From Torpedo marmorata (lineage: Eukaryota): 64,000 bases of DNA. The notes below the pieces were generated by a model, which did no database searches, was not told the DNA's origin, and saw only the letters and a program-made list of their open reading frames with translations. The position numbers and the translations under genes were made by a program. Positions 53,201 to 62,400 of the stretch are shown piece by piece. The first letter of the stretch is position 1. The number at the start of each line of letters is the position of its first letter. The DNA lies in assembly GCA_977017645.1 (NCBI GenBank), contig OZ360242.1, positions 28,520,001 through 28,584,000 on the forward strand, written 5' to 3'.

Positions 53201-56200
53201 CAGGATATAACAGAAAGTCTCAGACTTCAAACAATGGGGGAGGAATCCAGACCAACAAAAGGTGTTAATTGGATGTGATAAGGGTCCAGGTGGAATTTCT
53301 CATGTCTGTGCGAAATGAGACAGGCAATGGAGAGACAATGGGGGAAGCAAGGGAAGGGGGGGGGGGGAATTTTAACGAAAGCGAGAGAAGTCGATATTAA
53401 TGCCATCCGGTTGGAGGGTGCCCAGTCGGAAGATGAGGTGTTGTTCCTCCAATTTACGGGTGGTCTAAGTCTGGCAGTACATGAGACCATGGACAGACAT
53501 GTCGGCAAGGGAGTGGGATGGAGAATTGAAATGGGTGGCCACTGGGAGATCCACATTATTGCAGCGGACAGAGTGGAGGTGCTCAACAAAGCGATCTCCC
53601 AGTCTGCGTCTAGTCTCTCCGATGTAGAGGAGACCACAACGGGAGCACCGGATGCAGTAGATGACCCCTGCAGATTCACAAGTGAAATGTTGCTTCACTT
53701 GGAAGGACTGTTTGGGGCCCTGAATGGTGCTGAGGGAGGAGGTGTGGGCACAAGTGTAGCATCTCCTGCAGTCACAGGGGTAGGTCCCAAGGGGATGATT
53801 GGTGGGGAGGGAGGAGTGGACAAGGGAGTCATGGAGGGAGCAGTCCCTGGGGAAGGTGGAGAGGGGAGGAGAGGGAAATATGTGTCTAGTGGTGGGATCA
53901 CGTAGTAGGTGGCGGAAATGTTTTTAACTTCCAAGCAGCTAGACATAAATTTCTCCAAACACGACAAGCAAGAAAACTGACAAACATCTGAGGACATGAT
54001 ACATCAAGAGCAGCCCCTACATGTGATGTTTCTTCCTCTGCCAAGCATTTGCCAGAGCTATTGGGGTTTGAAGTGTCCTCTGTTTTGAATTGACACTATC
54101 TGCACTTCCAGATTCAGCCTCTAACTTTGTTCACAATTACTCTCAGTGCAGACTTCCTACCTAGCAGAAGACGAGAATCAGTGGCAGAAACCACGGCTGC
54201 ATTCTAAATCTGAATTATACTGCAGCGTGTGCAATGGTCAGCAGCTGCAAGTTTTCCTGCCATTGTTTTTGCAAAAGTACTCAATTTTTTTTTATTCAGG
54301 AGCAAAAAAAAATTATTTAAATGTTGAACACATGATATTACTGCTACCACCAGCTGGCATCCGACCCATTCAGTGTCTGTTACATGCAGACCCTGGCTAT
54401 CTGATAGGTTTGCTGAACATTTTTTCTCATCACATTAATTAAATCACATTAATTAGACTGAATTCCTGCAGGTGAATCAATTCTTGAGACTGCTGCCTCT
54501 GATGGGGAAAACAGCTAAGTGAGACCTTCATGGACACTACAATGCCTCTGATAGTGCACGTCAGAATGCAGAGAAGACCGAAACAACACGAGGAATCACT
54601 GCTTCAGTATCTTTAGCTTAAAGATCCAGAACTTAGTGTATGGGAAGCGTTCAAAAGGAGATTTTACTTCCAATGATATTGACCAGTGGCAAATAAATGT
54701 TTCTGTGAAAATGTTTTTCAATATTAGGTCAATTTATGGAGTCAGAACCACATTGTGTAACAATCACATTTCGTAACAATCACATTTCAGGCCACTACTT
54801 CAATTTCAACCTATTTCCATTAACACTGTTGAGTGTTGACAGTTTTGCGGAGCAGGATTTCACAATACCATATATCCTTATATTCTTTGAACGACTAATC
54901 CAGCTGGCACCTTATTCTCAGCCAGGTTAGTCTCAAGAACATCTTTATATATTCATTGAGAAGAGCTCAGTTCTTCCACGAACTCGAACTATTTCTGTGC
55001 TCAAACTAAAGAGTAAACAGAATGTTACGTACAATTGATTCAGGGGCAAAATTCTGAAGATCTGCTGCTGACACTTGATTCATAAAACGTCCCAAGTATT
55101 CAGCAAACCAAGCGGTGGAGAGCAGGACTGGATCGGTATCATTGTAGCATTTTGGTTTCGGTCCTGTCACACAAAGTGACAATGAAACATAACAAAAGAT
55201 CCTAAATTAACTTTATGAATTATAGTTTTGAGTTTTACAATTTTCAGACACAATTACTTTGCATTTCGTACAAATCTACACAAAAGCTACGACTACTCAT
55301 ATTTGGTGTCTCAGAAGGTTTTGTCGTGTATTTTCACAGGATGCACTGAATAATAACTCAACTGGTCAGTTCAGTATTTAAAACAATTTAGCAAAAATAT
55401 TAAGTCATTCTGATTAATCAAATGTAAACAGAGTTTGTTGTATAATCTAGAATAGCAAAGCATAAATGTTTTGAATTAACTTTGATTGGTTCATTTTAGA
55501 TTATTCCATATTTTTCATGTCTTCGTCGATACAAATGTTCATATTAGAATCACATTTTCTGCCTCAATAATAATAACTCTATTCAGTCCAGTCAGTGCGA
55601 TGACCAGTGGAAGAGAATGGAGAGTTATAGGGAATTAACAATTTTACAACTTTATTGTGTTTGGACCTTGCAACATAAAACAGATTCTTTCTGAATGCAC
55701 CACCAGGACTTATCTCACGGAGATTCTAATTTACGCTAGTGTAATTGGATACCTTTATTTGATGAATATACTTAATTTACTGATTGTGTTCCTATTATAC
55801 CAATTTTATTATACTATAAAATAAGAACATCACATTACCTTGCTGTAGATAAGCTCTGATTCCCCTGTAGATTTCCATTTGTTTGTCAGAGGCAAAGTCA
55901 TTGTAACGACCACTCAATGTTTTCACACTAAATGGGCAATACAAGTTTGAATTATTATTAACTGAGTCATTAATTATGTTACAATTCATTTCTAACTATA
56001 AGCAAAGTACACACATTATCTCTGCAACATAACAGAAAAATAATAACTTCTTCGGGGAAGTTCAAATATGTATCCCATTGTAATTCTACTTTTCCAACAT
56101 ATATTCACAAGAGATCTTTGGATGCATTTATTATACCGTAGTTGATTACCTTTCCAGGTCTAATATCTGAATTAGATCTATCACAAAATCTTAAGGGGTT

Positions 56201-59200
56201 GTTGCAAAGTTTTCATAATTTTAACAATGGTGATTCAAAATCCAGTCAATTTTTAGAAATGAAGTATGACGAAGATTATTAATGTTAGATATAGATTAGT
56301 ACAATACAATTTTTTCATCAATTATATTTAACACCTAAAAAATTGAAGAAATTCAATCCGACATTATCAGGTTTATGTTTTAGATGTAATAAAGAGGAAG
56401 GTTCTTTCGTACATTCTACATGGCTTTGTCCAAAAGTTTATGATTTTTGGTTGAAAGTAAAACATTTTTTAGATAAAGTATTTAAGATTACATTTCCAAT
56501 GGATCCTATGATATTTCTGTTTGGAGATATTAGAAAACTTAGTATTAAGATGAAATTAAATATGTATCAAATAGAATTTCTGCAAATTGCTTTAGCTGTT
56601 TCAAAGAAATGTATTGCTATTACTTGGAAATCTGATGTAGATTTAGGGTTAGAAAGATGGCATGCAGAACTTCGTTCATGTATACCACTGGAAAAAATTA
56701 CTTACAATTTACGTAATAAATATCATTTCTTTTTGAAAATATGGAGCCCATATATGAAAGTTGTTGGTTTAAGGATTTGAAGATCTCTGGACATCGGATC
56801 TACTGGCGAACCTAACCTCCATAATAAAATTAGTTTATAGATGTTTTTTAGATTGACATTCTCCTTACTCTATCTTTTTCTTTCTTTTTATTTTTATTTT
56901 ATTAGATTAGTAGGGATGGGATGGTTAGGGAGGGGAGGGTGGGAGAAAATGTATCACAAGTATTTTGATAATTTTATATTTTACCTTATGTATTTTGTGA
57001 TTTAAAATTTTAAATAAAATATTTTTTAAAAAATTTAGAAATGAGCGATTTGGAAATGAGGATGGGGACCCAATTTTCACTGGGTTTTATTGAGGCTAAT
57101 TGACTGCAGAAAGGAGAAGCACCAGGGCAACATCTTCTACAACATGAAACAGGGCAGCTGTGCTGAAGGATGCCCAGCAATATGAGAAATGGTGAGTAAT
57201 GCAAAATTACTCCTGATCTAATCTGTGGTAAATTCTCCTTAGGTAATGGCATTTGACTTACTTAAGGACCCAATTTCCTTTGGGCTGGGACAAGCATTTT
57301 AGTACTACTTCATGAAGGATAGTTTTGTTATGGAGCATAAAATCTATCCTCCTTTCTTGGCTCTTCATAACACCCTTTCATGATTTTCTAATATCATTCG
57401 ATCTAATCCAGAAAGGAATGGAGATCTGGTAGAACCCAGTCTGTGGCATAGTTCAGTGCACATGCCTTAATAGCTCCATGAATAACACTTAAGAATTACA
57501 GATTCATCACAGACAAAAGAAAATCTTTCTTGGATATAAAGGAACTATTTATCATAGGAGCCAATAGGTAAGTACAGTACATTTTGGTGACACAAGTCTT
57601 CAATGGTAAAGAAATTGGAAACCAAAAAATAATTTCATAGGAATTGATTTATATGATCAGAAAATAATTATTTTATCCTATTATTTGATTGATCTGGGGA
57701 TTCCTGTGCAAGATCAGTTCACTGTGCAATCATTTTGACGTATGGGGAATAGATTTGATCAGTATACCCAAAACTGAAAACAAAACCGACTTTCTTCTTG
57801 GATTAGAGTTTTCCTAAACCGAGGCTCCTTGCAAAGGAATAGAGTTTAAAGTGGTCACGCCACCATTGAATCAATCCAAGTGATTGGAATTTGGAGTCTT
57901 GCAGATGATATTTTATTTCTTAGACATGCAGTTCTGCAAACACATTGTGTGAACAAAGTGTTTTTCAGGTTGAACAAAGAGAAGCTGGAGGAACTCAGAG
58001 GATCAGGCATCCATGGATAGAAATGTTATTGGGCAGCTAATATTAGATATATTAATTTTTGGATTCATCATAAGGACAGACAGGATGTTAATAGTTGAAT
58101 CAATTTGGAAATTGATTCTACCAAGAAGTATTCCCTCATTTCGATAGTTGGAGCACCATTACCCTTTTCTGCTTCTAAATTAACTGATAACTTTGTTGTT
58201 AAACATACGTTGAGGATTTGGTTTCAATTTAGAAAACATTTTGGATGCCATAGATGTTTTATTAATCAGTCCCCTTTTAGCTAATTCCCTTTTTTTTTTA
58301 ACCTTTGGTACAAGATTTTGGTTTTTGCCGATGGTCGGAGTTTGGTATCCAATCTTTTCAAGATCTCTTTATTGACCAAAATTTGGCCTCTTTTGAACAA
58401 TTATCTTCTAAATTTAAAATAACTAAACATCATTTTTTTAGATATTTACAGATTAGTTTTTATTCCTTGGTATTAAAACTCCCTCAAGATTTGGAATTAA
58501 AGATGATAGAGAAGATTTATAATTTTAAACCGAATACTAAAAAGTTATCAGTTTTTTATGAGTTATTATTGATGTCTAGTGGTAATTCCCTGGACAAGAC
58601 TAAAAAACTATGGGAGCAAGATTTTCAACAAGAATTTTCTGATGCTACATGGGATTCTATCTTGAAATTGGTTAATTCATCTTCTCTATGCGCCCGATAT
58701 TCATTATTGCAATTTATAGTACATCAAGCTCACTATTCCAAAGTTCAATTGGCTAAATTTTATTCTAATTTCTCGTCAAAATGTGATAGATGTACGACTG
58801 AAGAAGGTACATTATTTCATATGTTTGGGTCATGTTCCTCGCTTTCCAATTATTGGGAAAGGATTTTCCGTTCCTTGTCTTTAGTTCTTAATATTAATTT
58901 GGCTTCTAACCCTTTTCTAGTCCTATTTGGAATAAGTCAGCTGATTTAAATTTATCTAGGCTACAATCCCATGTAGTTGCCTTTGCTCTCCTTATTGCCA
59001 GAAGAGCGATACTTATGAGATGGAAGGATGCTGTCCCTCCTACACATACTCAATGGTTATCTGATGTGATGGCATGCTTGACTCTGGAAAAAATCAGATG
59101 CTCTACTAATGAAATGAACCTTAATTTTCTAAATTTATGGGGTCCTTTCCTTAATTATGATCAGAATTTATAAGATTATTGGATCCCATTTTATGGTTTG

Positions 59201-59383
59201 GTTGCTTTTTCTTTCATACATTAGTGGAACATATATGTTTAATCGTAACTTCACAAGAGAGGGGTTAGATTATTAGAGTAGTTTTTTTTTCATTTTTTTT
59301 GTCTCTTTCATAGGTTGTTTACAGCCATTTGTTAATATATATTTACTTTGTTGGATATATATTCTTGTTACCTATATTAAGTA

Positions 59384-59439
<56 letters not shown>

Positions 59440-62400
59440 CAATAAAAATATTGGAAAGAGAGAAATGGTCAGTCAATGTTTAAACTCAAGTCTCAATGAA
59501 GCGTCCCACCAGGTTCTCTTTGTTCATTGGAGATTTCAACATCTGTAGTTTTTGTGTTTCTCCAATTTTTCATCACTAATGAATAATTAGACTGGACAAT
59601 GAAGATTTTGCTTCCTGAACACTTTTGGGTGTATTTTATGGATTTTGGGCTGCTGATCACAAAAATCACCTTAAAATTTCCTCCTAAAATTTTCCTATCA
59701 CGTACCGTTTTATAGATATAACCTATTTTTGTGATTACTTCATATTTTAAGTTTACTTCAAGCATACAAAACCATGAAGAGCAACATGTCATTGAAAATT
59801 CATTTTCTGCATTCGCACTTGGACTTCTTCCCTGCTGATCTTGGTGTAATCAGTGACGAACGTGGTGAAAGGTTTCACCAGTACATTGCGACCATGGAAA
59901 AGCAATATCAGGGCAACTGGAATCCATCAAAGCTGGCCGACTATTGTTGGACACTGACACAAGAGGCATCAGATGCTGAATACAAGTGAAATCAGCGGCA
60001 AAACATTTTTAGGTCAGTTGAACTAATGCAACGTGTCAGCATCATTATGCGATTAAACATGCTAAATTCAATAAAAGTTAATTTAATGTTTCTCCAACTT
60101 CCTACGTGATACAGCAAATCTGAAATTATCTTTGTGTTCATCTTGAAGTTGTCTATCGTAATCCCCAATTTTTTTTCAGGAAGCAAACCATTTGGAAAAA
60201 AATTATTGTCCAGTGTTATCAATGGCCCAGCACTCTACAGATTTTTGTAATTTTGATGCTGTAATGATCAAAATGACAATTAATCTATGTGGAATAAATT
60301 TGGAATTTGTTAAATAAAGAAATGATTATTAACATGCATGGCTATATTTACATTTTCCTGTAAGGAAGGCATTGTACACCAAGGGTGTTGTTGGAAGTCA
60401 GGAGGTCAATCGTGATCGAGGGCAGGTAGGGTCTTAGTCTTGAGTTAAGCCATTCATCCTGTTCTGTGTGATTGAGACCAGGTAAGTTTTCTACATACTG
60501 AGACCAAAGACCCTTCATGATGGCAGCTTGGTTAGCATCTGTTAGATTACCCTGAAAGTGAAGAAAAGGAAAAACAATTGTTATTATTTATTATAATGAA
60601 ACAAGTGGTGATGAGCCATCTATGTTTGTCCCAAGCGAATTCTGATCAATTATCTTGTGTTAGCAACTTCCAAGGAGGAGGCTATTCCTTGCTCAAAACA
60701 ATTTTATAAATTACCCATGATTACGAGAGCTACTTTGGATAGTTCAGTCCTACAATTTGTAATTGATGAATGGCACGTCAATTTCGATTGGTAAAATGGC
60801 GTAGTTCCTCATGGCACCAGAGATCGAGTTTGATTCTGATGTTGGGTGCTGCCTGTGTGGAGTCTGCACATTCTCCCTGTGACTGGAGGTAGTTTAATTG
60901 ACCACTGTAAATTAGCATATATGCCGGTGTATAAGACGACCCCCAGAATTTTCACTTACAATATAGGTTTTGAGCTATACTCGCTGACCGGTGGAGTGAT
61001 GATGTCACAATATTTTAAAAGCAAATTACCCAGTAAAGGTTTAAATTTTCTGAGCATATTTTAAAATAAACCACCATCGGCTCCTTTAACAGGCCGTTTA
61101 AAGCTTGTACAGAGCCGACAGCAGTCAGACTGGGTGGATGGACCCCGGGGGGAGCACTGAGACTTCGCTGTCAAGATTCGCATTGTATATTTGCCATGGT
61201 GGAGCGCTGAGACTTCGCTGTTAAGGTTTGGATTTTATACTTGCCGTGGTGGAGCGCTGAGACTTCGCTGTTAAGGTTCGCATTGTGTACTTGCCGTGGT
61301 GGAGCGCTGAGACTTCTCTGTTAAGGTTTGGATTGCATACTTGCCGCGGGGGAGCGCTGAGACTTCTCTGTTAAGGTTTGGATTACATACTTGGCGTGGG
61401 GGAGCGCTGAGACTCCGCGGTCAAGGTTCGGATTTTATACTTGGCGTATAAGACGACCCCAGGTTTTGGGGTGACAACTTTAAGTTTCGAGTTTCATCTT
61501 GTACGCCGGCATATACGGTACCGCTAGTGTGTAGGTGACTTGTCGAACCTGTGGTGATTCGATGCAAAAGCAAGGAGAATAAAAATTGGGATTAATATAA
61601 GGATAAGTGGAAATGGATGGATGAAGGTCAATAGGAACTCCATGGACCTGTTTCTGTGCTTTATTCATCTACAATTCTATGACTTTTCAGAAATAATACG
61701 GTCCTATGGCCTTTTATTTTTTAAAACTCTGCTTCCCACCTTGCATAATACAAACCACCTGGGAGCCTGGAAGTATAATGCTGGATTGGCAATGGAGCAA
61801 GGTGCCAAAGACTATTTTAGTTGTGACATCCACACGCCCCCTCCCCACACCTTCACAGGTGGTTGTGTCTGAGCACTAGTGAATGGACATTACAAATTTG
61901 TGTTGATGTAATATGGCACCTGGGAGTCAGTTCTGAAGCTATGCTCTCAATGGCTGCTGAGCCCAGGTTTGGTTGGGACCTGCACCTTGTCAAGGCCATG
62001 GAGGACAGTGGGAAGGAAGGAGGATCATATCTGTGCTTCAGTTGGTGGCTGCTGGGGAAAATGGATTTCGAGCTATGCCTTATATCAGGCTGGTGTGGCC
62101 AATCGCAACTAATGGTCAACCCAGGATGAGGGGGGTGGGGGGGGGAGGGCTGAGGATCGCAGAGAAGAATTTGGGGTCCACAAGGGTGGAGCAGGGGAGA
62201 TGATGGGTTGGGATGATGGGGAGGCCTGAGAATATCACAGGATCAGGTGGTTAAGGAAATTGGAGGGTCTGGGGAGAGTTGAGATTTGGACCTTAATAAG
62301 GGACTGATGGTGTGGAGGTTGGTGGAGGAGATTGTTGGGGTGGTCATGATGGCCAGTGATGTCCTGAGTAATAAATGATGAGCAGGGAACTAATTTGACA

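Larger units (their letters stand above)
60790..61685 (+). mobile_element. Old V-SINE interrupted by the MITE at 60915-61518
   Basis: V-core tgtgtggagtctgcacattctccctgtg upstream of the MITE; ctagtgtgtagg..ttctatga tail downstream. Confidence 0.55.

Noticed and set aside
53227-53997. Long Gly-rich and Pro-rich ORFs
   Set aside because: They are alternative frames of the degraded Penelope element.
61151-61446. Regular 50-bp periodic array resembling a CRISPR
   Set aside because: The whole unit repeats with no unique spacers, there are no cas genes, and the context is a eukaryotic MITE.
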